A stretch of 64,000 nucleotides of DNA. Source: Eledone cirrhosa. Lineage: Eukaryota. Under the pieces are notes generated by a model. The model was given only the letters and a program-made list of their open reading frames with translations. It was not told the DNA's origin and searched no databases. Positions 43,645-59,500 of this stretch are shown one piece after another. Positions within the stretch are counted from its first letter, which is position 1, and each line of letters begins with the position of its first letter. The stretch lies in contig OZ024758.1 in the NCBI GenBank assembly GCA_964016885.1, forward strand, positions 39,308,001 to 39,372,000, written 5' to 3'. A program made the translations under genes and the position numbers.

Positions 43645-46600
43645 TGGAGTTCCTTCTGACAGCTAATACCATGAACTTAAATGAATTCTCAGCAACAGTG
43701 GAGTTCCTTCTGACAGCTAATACCATGAACTTAAATGAATTCTCACCAACATTGGAGTTACTTCTGACAGCTAGTACCATGAACTTAAATGAATTCTCAC
43801 CAACAGTGGAGTTACTTCTGACAGCTAATACCATGAACTTAAATGAATTCTCACCAACAGTGGCGTTCCTTCTGACAGCTAATACCATGAACTTAAATGA
43901 ATTCTCACCAACAGTGGAGTTACTTCTGACAGCTAGTACCATGACTTAAATGAATTCTCACCAACATTGGAGTTCCTTCTGACAGCTAATACCATGAACT
44001 TAAATGAATTCTCACCAACAGTGGAGTTACTTCTGACAGCTAATACCATGAACTTAAATGAATTCTCACCAACAGTGGAGTGACTTCTGACAGCTAATAC
44101 CATGAACTTAAATGAATTCTCACCAACATTGGAGTTACTTCTGACAGCTAATACCATGCCTTAAATGAATTCTCACCAACAGTGGAGTTACTTCTGACAG
44201 CTAATACCATGAACTTAAATGAATTCTCACCAACAGTGGAGTTACTTCTGACAGCTAATACCATGAACTTAAATGAATTCTCACCAACATTGGAGTTACT
44301 TCTGACAGATAGTACCATGACTTAAATGAATTCTCACCAACATTGGAGTTACTTCTGACAGCTAATACCATGACTTAAATGAATTCTCACCAACAGAGGA
44401 GTTACTTCTGACAGCTAATACCATGAACTTAAATGAATTCTCACCAACAGTACAGTGGAGTTACTTCTGACAGCTGGTACCATGAACTTAAATGAATTCT
44501 CACCAACATTGGAGTTACTTCTGACAACTAATACCATGACTTAAATGAATTCTCACCAACAGTGGAGTTACTTCTGACAAACTAATACCATGAACTTAAA
44601 TGAATTCTCACCAACAGTGGAGTTACTTCTGACAGCTAGTACCATGAACTTAAATGAATTCTCACCAACAGTGGAGTTACTTCTGACAGCTAATACCATG
44701 AACTTAAATGAATTCTCACCAACAGTGGAGTTACTTCTGACAGCTAATACCATGAACTTAAATGAATTCTCACCAACATTGGAGTTACTTCTGACAGCTA
44801 ATACCATGACTTAAATGAATTCTGACCAACAGTGGAGTTACTTCTGACAGCTAATACCATGAACTTAAATGAATTCTCACCAACATTGGAGTTACTTCTG
44901 ACAGCTAATACCATGACTTAAATGAATTCTCACCAACAGTGGAGTTACTTCTGACAGCTAATACCATGAACTTAAATGAATTCTCACCAACATTGGAGTT
45001 ACTTCTGACAGCTAGTACCATGAACTTAAATGAATTCTCACCAACAGTGGAGTTACTTCTGACAGCTAATACCATGAACTTAAATGAATTCTCACCAACA
45101 GTGGAGTTACTTCTGACAGCTAATACCATGAACTTAAATGAATTCTCACCAACAGTGGAGTTCCTTCTGACAGCTAATACCATGAACTTAAATGAATTCT
45201 CACCAACATTGGAGTTACTTCTGACAGCTAGTACCATGACTTAAATGAATTCTCACCAACATTGGAGTTACTTCTGACAGCTAGTACCATGACTTAAATG
45301 AATTCTCACCAACAATGGAGTTACTTCTGACAGCTAATACGACGAATTAAATGAATTCTCACCAACAGTGGAGTTACTTCTGACAGCTAATACCATGAAC
45401 TTAAATGAATTCTCACCAACAGTGGATTTCCTTCTGACAGCTAATACCATGAATTTAAATGAATTCTCACCAACATTGGAGTTACTTCTGACAGCTAGTA
45501 CCATGACTTAAATGAATTCTCACCAACAATGGAGTTACTTCTGACAGCTAATACCACGAATTAAATGAATTCTCACCAACAGTGGAGTTACTTCTGACAG
45601 CTAATACCATGAACTTAAATGAATTCTCACCAACAGTGGAGTTCCTTCTGACAGCTAATACCATGAACTTAAATGAATTCTCACCAACATTGGAGTTACT
45701 TCTGACAGCTAGTACCATGAACTTAAATGAATTCTCACCAACAGTGGAGTTACTTCTGACAACTAATACCATGAACTTAAATGAATTCTCACCAACAGTG
45801 GCGTTCCTTCTGACAGCTAATACCATGAACTTAAATGAATTCTCACCAACAGTGGAGTTACTTCTGACAGCTAGTACCATGACTTAAATGAATTCTCACC
45901 AACATTGGAGTTCCTTCTGACAGCTAATACCATGAACTTAAATGAATTCTCACCAACAGTGGAGTTCCTTCTGACAGCTAATACCATGAACTTAAATGAA
46001 TTCTCACCAACATTGGAGTTACTTCTGACAACTAATACCATGACTTAAATGAATTCTCACCTACAGTGGAGTTACTTCTGACAAACTAATACCATGAACT
46101 TAAATGAATTCTCACCAACAGTGGAGTTACTTCTGACAGCTAATACCATGAACTTAAATGAATTCTCACCAACATTGGAGTGACTTCTGACAGCTAATAC
46201 CATGAACTTAAATGAATTCTCACCAACATTGGGGTTACTTCTGACAGCTAATACCATGAACTTAAATGAATTCTCACCAACAGTGGAGTGACTTCTGACA
46301 GCTAATACCATGAACTTAAATGAATTCTCACCAACATTGGAGTGACTTCTGACAGCTAATACCATGAACTTAAATGAATTCTCACCAACAGTGGAGTTAC
46401 TTCTGACAGCTAGTACCATGAACCTAAATGAATTCTCACCAACAGTGGAGTTACTTCTGACAGCTAATACCATGAACTTAAATGAATTCTCAGCAACAGT
46501 GGAGTTCCTTCTGACAGCTAATACCATGAACTTAAATGAATTCTCACCAACATTGGAGTTACTTCTGACAGCTAGTACCATGAACTTAAATGAATTCTCA

Positions 46601-49600
46601 CCAACAGTGGAGTTACTTCTGACAGCTAGTACCATGAACTTAAATGAATTCTCACCAACAGTGGAGTTCCTTCTGACAGCTAATACCATGAACTTAAATG
46701 AATTCTCAGCAACAGTGCAGTTCCTTCTGACAGCTAATACCATGAACTTAAATGAATTCTCACCAACATTGGAGTTACTTCTGACAGCTAGTACCATGAA
46801 CTTAAATGAATTCTCACCAACAGTGGAGTTACTTCTGACAGCTAATACCATGAACTTAAATGAATTCTCACCAACAGTGGCGTTCCTTCTGACAGCTAAT
46901 ACCATGAACTTAAATGAATTCTCACCAACAGTGGAGTTACTTCTGACAGCTAGTACCATGACTTAAATGAATTCTCACCAACATTGGAGTTCCTTCTGAC
47001 AGCTAATACCATGAACTTAAATGAATTCTCACCAACAGTGGAGTTACTTCTGACAGCTAATACCATGAACTTAAATGAATTCTCACCAACAGTGGAGTGA
47101 CTTCTGACAGCTAATACCATGAACTTAAATGAATTCTCACCAACATTGGAGTTACTTCTGACAGCTAATACCATGACTTAAATGAATTCTCACCAACAGT
47201 GGAGTTACTTCTGACAGCTAATACCATGAACTTAAATGAATTATCACCAACAGTGGAGTTACTTCTGACAGCTAATACCATGAACTTAAATGAATTCTCA
47301 CCAACATTGGAGTTACTTCTGACAGATAGTACCATGACTTAAATGAATTCTCACCAACATTGGAGTTACTTCTGACAGCTAATACCATGACTTAAATGAA
47401 TTCTCACCAACAGTGGAGCTACTTCTGACAGCTAATACCATGAACTTAAATGAATTCTCACCAACAGTGGAGTTACTTCTGACAGCTTGTACCATGAACT
47501 TAAATGAATTCTCACCAACATTGGAGTTACTTCTGACAGCTAGAACCATGAACTTAAATGAATTCTCACCAACAGTGGAGTTACTTCTGACAGCTAATAC
47601 CATGAACTTAAATGAATTCTCACAAACAGTGGAGTTACTTCTGACAGCTAATACGACGAATTAAATGAATTCTCACCAACAGTGGAGTTACTTCTGACAG
47701 CTAATACCATGAACTTAAATGAATTCTCACCAACAGTGGATTTCCTTCTGACAGCTAATACCATGAATTTAAATGAATTCTCACCAACATTGGAGTTACT
47801 TCTGACAGCTAGTACCATGAACTTAAATGAATTCTCACCAACATTGGAGTTACTTCTGACAGCTAGTACCATGACTTAAATGAATTCTCACCAACAATGG
47901 AGTTACTTCTGACAGCTAATACCACGAATTAAATGAATTCTCACCAACAGTGGAGTTACTTCTGACAGCTAATACCATGAACTTAAATGAATTCTCACCA
48001 ACTGTGGAGTTCCTTCTGACAGCTAATACCATGAACTTAAATGAATTCTCACCAACATTGGAGTTACTTCTGACAGCTAGTACCATGAACTTAAATGAAT
48101 TCTCACCAACAGTGGAGTTACTTCTGACAACTAATACCATGAACTTAAATGAATTCTCACCAACAGTGGCGTTCCTTCTGACAGCTAATACCATGAACTT
48201 AAATGAATTCTCACCAACAGTGGAGTTACTTCTGACAGCTAGTACCATGACTTAAATGAATTCTCACCAACATTGGAGTTCCTTCTGACAGCTAATACCA
48301 TGAACTTAAATGAATTCTCACCAACAGTGGAGTTCCTTCTGACAGCTAATACCATGAACTTAAATGAATTCTCACCAACATTGGAGTTACTTCTGACAAC
48401 TAATACCATGACTTAAATGAATTCTCACCTACAGTGGAGTTACTTCTGACAAACTAATACCATGAACTTAAATGAATTCTCACCAACAGTGGAGTTACTT
48501 CTGACAGCTAATACCATGAACTTAAATGAATTCTCACCAACATTGGAGTGACTTCTGACAGCTAATACCATGAACTTAAATGAATTCTCACCATCAGTGG
48601 AGTTACTTCTGACAGCTAATACCATGAACTTAAATGAATTCTCACCAACATTGGAGTTCCTTCTGACAGCTAATACCATGAACTTAAATGAATTCTCAGC
48701 AACAGTGGAGTTCCTTCTGACAGCTAATACCATGAACTTAAATGAATTCTCACCAACATTGGAGTTACTTCTGACAGCTAGTACCATGAACTTAAATGAA
48801 TTCTCACCAACAGTGGAGTTACTTCTGACAGCTAATACCATGAACTTAAATGAATTCTCACCAACAGTGGCGTTCCTTCTGACAGCTAATACCATGAACT
48901 TAAATGAATTCTCACCAACAGTGGAGTTACTTCTGACAGCTAGTACCATGACTTAAATGAATTCTCACCAACATTGGAGTTCCTTCTGACAGCTAATACC
49001 ATGAACTTAAATGAATTCTCACCAACAGTGGAGTTACTTCTGACAGCTAATACCATGAACTTAAATGAATTCTCACCAACAGTGGAGTGACTTCTGACAG
49101 CTAATACCATGAACTTAAATGAATTCTCACCAACATTGGAGTTACTTCTGACAGCTAATACCATGCCTTAAATGAATTCTCACCAACAGTGGAGTTACTT
49201 CTGACAGCTAATACCATGAACTTAAATGAATTCTCACCAACAGTGGAGTTACTTCTGACAGCTAATACCATGAACTTAAATGAATTCTCACCAACATTGG
49301 AGTTACTTCTGACAGATAGTACCATGACTTAAATGAATTCTCACCAACATTGGAGTTACTTCTGACAGCTAATACCATGACTTAAATGAATTCTCACCAA
49401 CAGAGGAGTTACTTCTGACAGCTAATACCATGAACTTAAATGAATTCTCACCAACAGTGGAGTTACTTCTGACAGCTGGTACCATGAACTTAAATGAATT
49501 CTCACCAACATTGGAGTTACTTCTGACAACTAATACCATGACTTAAATGAATTCTCACCAACAGTGGAGTTACTTCTGACAAACTAATACCATGAACTTA

Positions 49601-52600
49601 AATGAATTCTCACCAACAGTGGAGTTACTTCTGACAGCTAGTACCATGAACTTAAATGAATTCTCACCAACAGTGGAGTTACTTCTGACAGCTAATACCA
49701 TGAACTTAAATGAATTCTCACCAACAGTGGAGTTACTTCTGACAGCTAATACCATGAACTTAAATGAATTCTCACCAACATTGGAGTTACTTCTGACAGC
49801 TAATACCATGACTTAAATGAATTCTGACCAACAGTGGAGTTACTTCTGACAGCTAATACCATGAACTTAAATGAATTCTCACCAACATTGGAGTTACTTC
49901 TGACAGCTAATACCATGACTTAAATGAATTCTCACCAACAGTGGAGTTACTTCTGACAGCTAATACCATGAACTTAAATGAATTCTCACCAACATTGGAG
50001 TTACTTCTGACAGCTAGTACCATGAACTTAAATGAATTCTCACCAACAGTGGAGTTACTTCTGACAGCTAATACCATGAACTTAAATGAATTCTCACCAA
50101 CAGTGGAGTTACTTCTGACAGCTAATACCATGAACTTAAATGAATTCTCACCAACAGTGGAGTTCCTTCTGACAGCTAATACCATGAACTTAAATGAATT
50201 CTCACCAACATTGGAGTTACTTCTGACAGCTAGTACCATGACTTAAATGAATTCTCACCAACATTGGAGTTACTTCTGACAGCTAGTACCATGACTTAAA
50301 TGAATTCTCACCAACAATGGAGTTACTTCTGACAGCTAATACGACGAATTAAATGAATTCTCACCAACAGTGGAGTTACTTCTGACAGCTAATACCATGA
50401 ACTTAAATGAATTCTCACCAACAGTGGATTTCCTTCTGACAGCTAATACCATGAATTTAAATGAATTCTCACCAACATTGGAGTTACTTCTGACAGCTAG
50501 TACCATGACTTAAATGAATTCTCACCAACAATGGAGTTACTTCTGACAGCTAATACCACGAATTAAATGAATTCTCACCAACAGTGGAGTTACTTCTGAC
50601 AGCTAATACCATGAACTTAAATGAATTCTCACCAACAGTGGAGTTCCTTCTGACAGCTAATACCATGAACTTAAATGAATTCTCACCAACATTGGAGTTA
50701 CTTCTGACAGCTAGTACCATGAACTTAAATGAATTCTCACCAACAGTGGAGTTACTTCTGACAACTAATACCATGAACTTAAATGAATTCTCACCAACAG
50801 TGGCGTTCCTTCTGACAGCTAATACCATGAACTTAAATGAATTCTCACCAACAGTGGAGTTACTTCTGACAGCTAGTACCATGACTTAAATGAATTCTCA
50901 CCAACATTGGAGTTCCTTCTGACAGCTAATACCATGAACTTAAATGAATTCTCACCAACAGTGGAGTTCCTTCTGACAGCTAATACCATGAACTTAAATG
51001 AATTCTCACCAACATTGGAGTTACTTCTGACAACTAATACCATGACTTAAATGAATTCTCACCTACAGTGGAGTTACTTCTGACAAACTAATACCATGAA
51101 CTTAAATGAATTCTCACCAACAGTGGAGTTACTTCTGACAGCTAATACCATGAACTTAAATGAATTCTCACCAACATTGGAGTGACTTCTGACAGCTAAT
51201 ACCATGAACTTAAATGAATTCTCACCAACATTGGGGTTACTTCTGACAGCTAATACCATGAACTTAAATGAATTCTCACCAACAGTGGAGTGACTTCTGA
51301 CAGCTAATACCATGAACTTAAATGAATTCTCACCAACATTGGAGTGACTTCTGACAGCTAATACCATGAACTTAAATGAATTCTCACCAACAGTGGAGTT
51401 ACTTCTGACAGCTAGTACCATGAACCTAAATAAATACTCACCAACAGTGGAGTTACTTCTGACAGCTAATACCATGAACTTAAATGAATTCTCAGCAACA
51501 GTGGAGTTCCTTCTGACAGCTAATACCATGAACTTAAATGAATTCTCACCAACATTGGAGTTACTTCTGACAGCTAGTACCATGAACTTAAATGAATTCT
51601 CACCAACAGTGGAGTTACTTCTGACAGCTAGTACCATGAACTTAAATGAATTCTCACCAACAGTGGAGTTCCTTCTGACAGCTAATACCATGAACTTAAA
51701 TGAATTCTCAGCAACAGTGCAGTTCCTTCTGACAGCTAATACCATGAACTTAAATGAATTCTCACCAACATTGGAGTTACTTCTGACAGCTAGTACCATG
51801 AACTTAAATGAATTCTCACCAACAGTGGAGTTACTTCTGACAGCTAATACCATGAACTTAAATGAATTCTCACCAACAGTGGCGTTCCTTCTGACAGCTA
51901 ATACCATGAACTTAAATGAATTCTCACCAACAGTGGAGTTACTTCTGACAGCTAGTACCATGACTTAAATGAATTCTCACCAACATTGGAGTTCCTTCTG
52001 ACAGCTAATACCATGAACTTAAATGAATTCTCACCAACAGTGGAGTTACTTCTGACAGCTAATACCATGAACTTAAATGAATTCTCACCAACAGTGGAGT
52101 GACTTCTGACAGCTAATACCATGAACTTAAATGAATTCTCACCAACATTGGAGTTACTTCTGACAGCTAATACCATGACTTAAATGAATTCTCACCAACA
52201 GTGGAGTTACTTCTGACAGCTAATACCATGAACTTAAATGAATTATCACCAACAGTGGAGTTACTTCTGACAGCTAATACCATGAACTTAAATGAATTCT
52301 CACCAACATTGGAGTTACTTCTGACAGATAGTACCATGACTTAAATGAATTCTCACCAACATTGGAGTTACTTCTGACAGCTAATACCATGACTTAAATG
52401 AATTCTCACCAACAGTGGAGCTACTTCTGACAGCTAATACCATGAACTTAAATGAATTCTCACCAACAGTGGAGTTACTTCTGACAGCTTGTACCATGAA
52501 CTTAAATGAATTCTCACCAACATTGGAGTTACTTCTGACAGCTAGAACCATGAACTTAAATGAATTCTCACCAACAGTGGAGTTACTTCTGACAGCTAAT

Positions 52601-53590
52601 ACCATGAACTTAAATGAATTCTCACAAACAGTGGAGTTACTTCTGACAGCTAATACGACGAATTAAATGAATTCTCACCAACAGTGGAGTTACTTCTGAC
52701 AGCTAATACCATGAACTTAAATGAATTCTCACCAACAGTGGATTTCCTTCTGACAGCTAATACCATGAATTTAAATGAATTCTCACCAACATTGGAGTTA
52801 CTTCTGACAGCTAGTACCATGAACTTAAATGAATTCTCACCAACATTGGAGTTACTTCTGACAGCTAGTACCATGACTTAAATGAATTCTCACCAACAAT
52901 GGAGTTACTTCTGACAGCTAATACCACGAATTAAATGAATTCTCACCAACAGTGGAGTTACTTCTGACAGCTAATACCATGAACTTAAATGAATTCTCAC
53001 CAACAGTGGAGTTCCTTCTGACAGCTAATACCATGAACTTAAATGAATTCTCACCAACATTGGAGTTACTTCTGACAGCTAGTACCATGAACTTAAATGA
53101 ATTCTCACCAACAGTGGAGTTACTTCTGACAACTAATACCATGAACTTAAATGAATTCTCACCAACAGTGGCGTTCCTTCTGACAGCTAATACCATGAAC
53201 TTAAATGAATTCTCACCAACAGTGGAGTTACTTCTGACAGCTAGTACCATGACTTAAATGAATTCTCACCAACATTGGAGTTCCTTCTGACAGCTAATAC
53301 CATGAACTTAAATGAATTCTCACCAACAGTGGAGTTCCTTCTGACAGCTAATACCATGAACTTAAATGAATTCTCACCAACATTGGAGTTACTTCTGACA
53401 ACTAATACCATGACTTAAATGAATTCTCACCTACAGTGGAGTTACTTCTGACAAACTAATACCATGAACTTAAATGAATTCTCACCAACAGTGGAGTTAC
53501 TTCTGACAGCTAATACCATGAACTTAAATGAATTCTCACCAACATTGGAGTGACTTCTGACAGCTAATACCATGAACTTAAATGAATTCT
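43645..53590 (+). repeat. Tandem duplication, period 5002/5007 bp (about 93 monomers)
   Basis: ORF pair 43933/48940 (5007), then 44568/49570 through 48440/53442 (5002). Shared rare variants CATGCC (44159/49166), CAGAGG, TTCTGACC, GTGCAG, GAGCTAC and TAGAACC. Confidence 0.93.
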
Positions 53591-56500
53591 CACCAACATT
53601 GGGGTTACTTCTGACAGCTAATACCATGAACTTAAATGAATTCTCACCAACAGTGGAGTGACTTCTGACAGCTAATACCATGAACTTAAATGAATTCTCA
53701 CCAACATTGGAGTGACTTCTGACAGCTAATACCATGAACTTAAATGAATTCTCACCAACAGTGGAGTTACTTCTGACAGCTAGTACCATGAACCTAAATG
53801 AATTCTCACCAACAGTGGAGTTACTTCTGACAGCTAGTACCATGAACTTAAATGAATTCTCACCAACAGTGGAGTTACTTCTAACAGCTAATACCATGAA
53901 CTTAAATGAATTCTCACAAACAGTGGAGTTACTTCTGACAGCTAATACAATGAACTTAAATGAATTCTCACCAACATTGGAGTTACTTCTGACAGCTAAT
54001 ACCATGACTTAAATGAATTCCCACCAACAGTGGAGTTACTTCTGACAGCTAATACCATGAACTTAAATGAATTCTCACCAACATTGGAGTTACTTCTGAC
54101 AGCTAATACCATGACTTAAATGAATTCTCACCAACAGTGGAGTTACTTCTGACAGCTAATACCATGAACTTAAATGAATTCTCACCAACATTGGAGTTAC
54201 TTCTGACAGCTAGTACCATGAACTTAAATGAATTCTCACCAACAGTGGAGTTACTTCTGACAGCTAATACCATGAACTTAAATGAATTCTCACCAACAGT
54301 GGAGTTACTTCTGACAGCTAATACCATGAACTTAAATGAATTCTCACCAACAGTGGAGTTCCTTCTGACAGCTAATACCATGAACTTAAATGAATTCTCA
54401 CCAACATTGGAGTTACTTCTGACAGCTAGTACCATGACTTAAATGAATTCTCACCAACATTGGAGTTACTTCTGACAGCTAGTACCATGACTTAAATGAA
54501 TTCTCACCAACAATGGAGTTACTTCTGACAGCTAATACGACGAATTAAATGAATTCTCACCAACAGTGGAGTTACTTCTGACAGCTAATACCATGAACTT
54601 AAATGAATTCTCACCAACAGTGGAGTTCCTTCTGACAGCTAATACCATGAATTTAAATGAATTCTCACCAACATTGGAGTTACTTCTGACAGCTAGTACC
54701 ATGAACTTAAATGAATTCTCACCAACAGTGGAGTTACTTCTGACAACTAATACCATGACTTAAATGAATTCTCACCAACAGTGGAGTTACTTCTGACAAA
54801 CTAATACCATGAACTTAAATGAATTCTCACCAACAGTGGAGTTACTTCTGACAGCTAATACCATGAACTTAAATGAATTCTCACCAACATTGGAGTGACT
54901 TCTGACAGCTAATACCATGAACTTAAATGAATTCTCACCAACATTGGGGTTACTTCTGACAGCTAATACCATGAACTTAAATGAATTCTCACCAACAGTG
55001 GAGTTACTTCTGACAGCTAATACCATGAACTTAAATGAATTCTCACCAACAGTGGAGTTACTTCTGACAGCTTGTACCATGAACTTAAATGAATTCTCAC
55101 CAACATTGGAGTTACTTCTGACAGCTAGTACCATGAACTTAAATGAATTCTCACCAACAGTGGAGTTACTTCTGACAGCTAATACCATTAACTTAAATGA
55201 ATTCTCACCAACAGTGGAGTTACTTCTGACAGCTAATACCATGAACTTAAATGAATTCTCACCAACATTGGAGTTACTTCTGACAGCTAATACCATGACT
55301 TAAATGAATTCCCACCAACAGTGGAGTTACTTCTGACAGCTAATACCATGAACTTAAATGAATTCTCACCAACATTGGAGTTACTTCTGACAGCTAATAC
55401 CATGACTTAAATGAATTCTCACCAACAGTGGAGTTACTTCTGACAGCTAATACCATGAACTTAAATGAATTCTCACCAACATTGGAGTTACTTCTGACAG
55501 CTAGTACCATGAACTTAAATGAATTCTCACCAACAGTGGAGTTACTTCTGACAGCTAATACCATGAACTTAAATGAATTCTCACCAACAGTGGAGTTACT
55601 TCTGACAGCTAATACCATGAACTTAAATGAATTCTCACCAACAGTGGAGTTCCTTCTGACAGCTAATACCATGAACTTAAATGAATTCTCACCAACATTG
55701 GAGTTACTTCTGACAGCTAGTACCATGACTTAAATGAATTCTCACCAACATTGGAGTTACTTCTGACAGCTAGTACCATGACTTAAATGAATTCTCACCA
55801 ACAATGGAGTTACTTCTGACAGCTAATACGACGAATTAAATGAATTCTCACCAACAGTGGAGTTACTTCTGACAGCTAATACCATGAACTTAAATGAATT
55901 CTCACCAACAGTGGAGTTCCTTCTGACAGCTAATACCATGAATTTAAATGAATTCTCACCAACATTGGAGTTACTTCTGACAGCTAGTACCATGAACTTA
56001 AATGAATTCTCACCAACAGTGGAGTTACTTCTGACAACTAATACCATGAACTTAAATGAATTCTCACCAACAGTGGCGTTCCTTCTGACAGCTAATACCA
56101 TGAACTTAAATGAATTCTCACCAACAGTGGAGTTACTTCTGACAGCTAGTACCATGACTTAAATGAATTCTCACCAACATTGGAGTTCCTTCTGACAGCT
56201 AATACCATGAACTTAAATGAATTCTCACCAACAGTGGAGTTCCTTCTGACAGCTAATACCATGAACTTAAATGAATTCTCACCAACATTGGAGTTACTTC
56301 TGACAACTAATACCATGACTTAAATGAATTCTCACCAACAGTGGAGTTACTTCTGACAAACTAATACCATGAACTTAAATGAATTCTCACCAACAGTGGA
56401 GTTACTTCTGACAGCTAATACCATGAACTTAAATGAATTCTCACCAACATTGGAGTGACTTCTGACAGCTAATACCATGAACTTAAATGAATTCTCACCA

Positions 56501-59500
56501 ACATTGGGGTTACTTCTGACAGCTAATACCATGAACTTAAATGAATTCTCACCAACAGTGGAGTGACTTCTGACAGCTAATACCATGAACTTAAATGAAT
56601 TCTCACCAACATTGGAGTGACTTCTGACAGCTAATACCATGAACTTAAATGAATTCTCACCAACAGTGGAGTTACTTCTGACAGCTAGTACCATGAACTT
56701 AAATGAATTCTCACCAACAGTGGCGTTCCTTCTGACAGCTAATACCATGAACTTAAATGAATTCTCACCAACAGTGGAGTTACTTCTGACAGCTAGTACC
56801 ATGACTTAAATGAATTCTCACCAACATTGGAGTTCCTTCTGACAGCTAATACCATGAACTTAAATGAATTCTCACCAACAGTGGAGTTCCTTCTGACAGC
56901 TAATACCATGAACTTAAATGAATTCTCACCAACATTGGAGTTACTTCTGACAACTAATACCATGACTTAAATGAATTCTCACCAACAGTGGAGTTAATTC
57001 TGACAAACTAATACCATGAACTTAAATGAATTCTCACCAACAGTGGAGTTACTTCTGACAGCTAATACCATGAACTTAAATGAATTCTCACCAACATTGG
57101 AGTGACTTCTGACAGCTAATACCATGAACTTAAATGAATTCTCACCAACATTGGGGTTACTTCTGACAGCTAATACCATGAACTTAAATGAATTCTCACC
57201 AACATTGGAGTTACTTCTGACAGCTAGTACCATGAACTTAAATGAATTCTCACCAACAGTGGAGTTACTTCTGACAGCTAGTACCATGAACTTAAATGAA
57301 TTCTCACCAACAGTGGAGTTCCTTCTGACAGCTAATACCATGAACTTAAATTAATTCTCAGCAACAGTGGAGTTCCTTCTGACAGCTAATACCATGAACT
57401 TAAATGAATTCTCAGCAACAGTGGAGTTCCTTCTGACAGCTAATACCATGAACTTAAATGAATTCTCACCAACATTGGAGTTACTTCTGACAGCTAGTAC
57501 CATGAACTTAAATGAATTCTCACCAACAGTGGAGTTACTTCTGACAACTAATACCATGAACTTAAATGAATTCTCACCAACAGTGGCGTTCCTTCTGACA
57601 GCTAATACCATGAACTTAAATGAATTCTCACCAACAGTGGAGTTACTTCTGACAGCTAGTACCATGACTTAAATGAATTCTCACCAACATTGGAGTTCCT
57701 TCTGACAGCTAATACCATGAACTTAAATGAATTCTCACCAACAGTGGAGTTCCTTCTGACAGCTAATACCATGAACTTAAATGAATTCTCACCAACATTG
57801 GAGTTACTTCTGACAACTAATACCATGACTTAAATGAATTCTCACCAACAGTGGAGTTACTTCTGACAAACTAATACCATGAACTTAAATGAATTCTCAC
57901 CAACAGTGGAGTTACTTCTGACAGCTAATACCATGAACTTAAATGAATTCTCACCAACATTGGAGTTACTTCTGACAGCTAGTACCATGAACTTAAATGA
58001 ATTCTCACCAACATTGGAGTTACTTCTGACAGCTAGTACCATGACTTAAATGAATTCTCACCAACAATGGAGTTACTTCTGACAGCTAATACCACGAATT
58101 AAATGAATTCTCACCAACAGTGGAGTTACTTCTGACAGCTAATACCATGAACTTAAATGAATTCTCACCAACAGTGGAGTTCCTTCTGACAGCTAATACC
58201 ATGAACTTAAATGAATTCTCACCAACATTGGAGTTACTTCTGACAGCTAGTACCATGAACTTAAATGAATTCTCACCAACAGTGGAGTTACTTCTGACAA
58301 CTAATACCATGAACTTAAATGAATTCTCACCAACAGTGGCGTTCCTTCTGACAGCTAATACCATGAACTTAAATGAATTCTCACCAACAGTGGAGTTACT
58401 TCTGACAGCTAGTACCATGACTTAAATGAATTCTCACCAACATTGGAGTTCCTTCTGACAGCTAATACCATGAACTTAAATGAATTCTCACCAACAGTGG
58501 AGTTCCTTCTGACAGCTAATACCATGAACTTAAATGAATTCTCACCAACATTGGAGTTACTTCTGACAACTAATACCATGACTTAAATGAATTCTCACCT
58601 ACAGTGGAGTTACTTCTGACAAACTAATACCATGAACTTAAATGAATTCTCACCAACAGTGGAGTTACTTCTGACAGCTAATACCATGAACTTAAATGAA
58701 TTCTCACCAACATTGGAGTGACTTCTGACAGCTAATACCATGAACTTAAATGAATTCTCACCAACATTGGGGTTACTTCTGACAGCTAATACCATGAACT
58801 TAAATGAATTCTCACCAACAGTGGAGTGACTTCTGACAGCTAATACCATGAACTTAAATGAATTCTCACCAACATTGGAGTGACTTCTGACAGCTAATAC
58901 CATGAACTTAAATGAATTCTCACCAACAGTGGAGTTACTTCTGACAGCTAGTACCATGAACCTAAATGAATTCTCACCAACAGTGGAGTTACTTCTGACA
59001 GCTAGTACCATGAACTTAAATGAATTCTCACCAACAGTGGAGTTACTTCTAACAGCTAATACCATGAACTTAAATGAATTCTCACAAACAGTGGAGTTAC
59101 TTCTGACAGCTAATACAATGAACTTAAATGAATTCTCACCAACATTGGAGTTACTTCTGACAGCTAATACCATGACTTAAATGAATTCCCACCAACAGTG
59201 GAGTTACTTCTGACAGCTAATACCATGAACTTAAATGAATTCTCACCAACATTGGAGTTACTTCTGACAGCTAATACCATGACTTAAATGAATTCTCACC
59301 AACAGTGGAGTTACTTCTGACAGCTAATACCATGAACTTAAATGAATTCTCACCAACATTGGAGTTACTTCTGACAGCTAGTACCATGAACTTAAATGAA
59401 TTCTCACCAACAGTGGAGTTACTTCTGACAGCTAATACCATGAACTTAAATGAATTCTCACCAACAGTGGAGTTACTTCTGACAGCTAATACCATGAACT

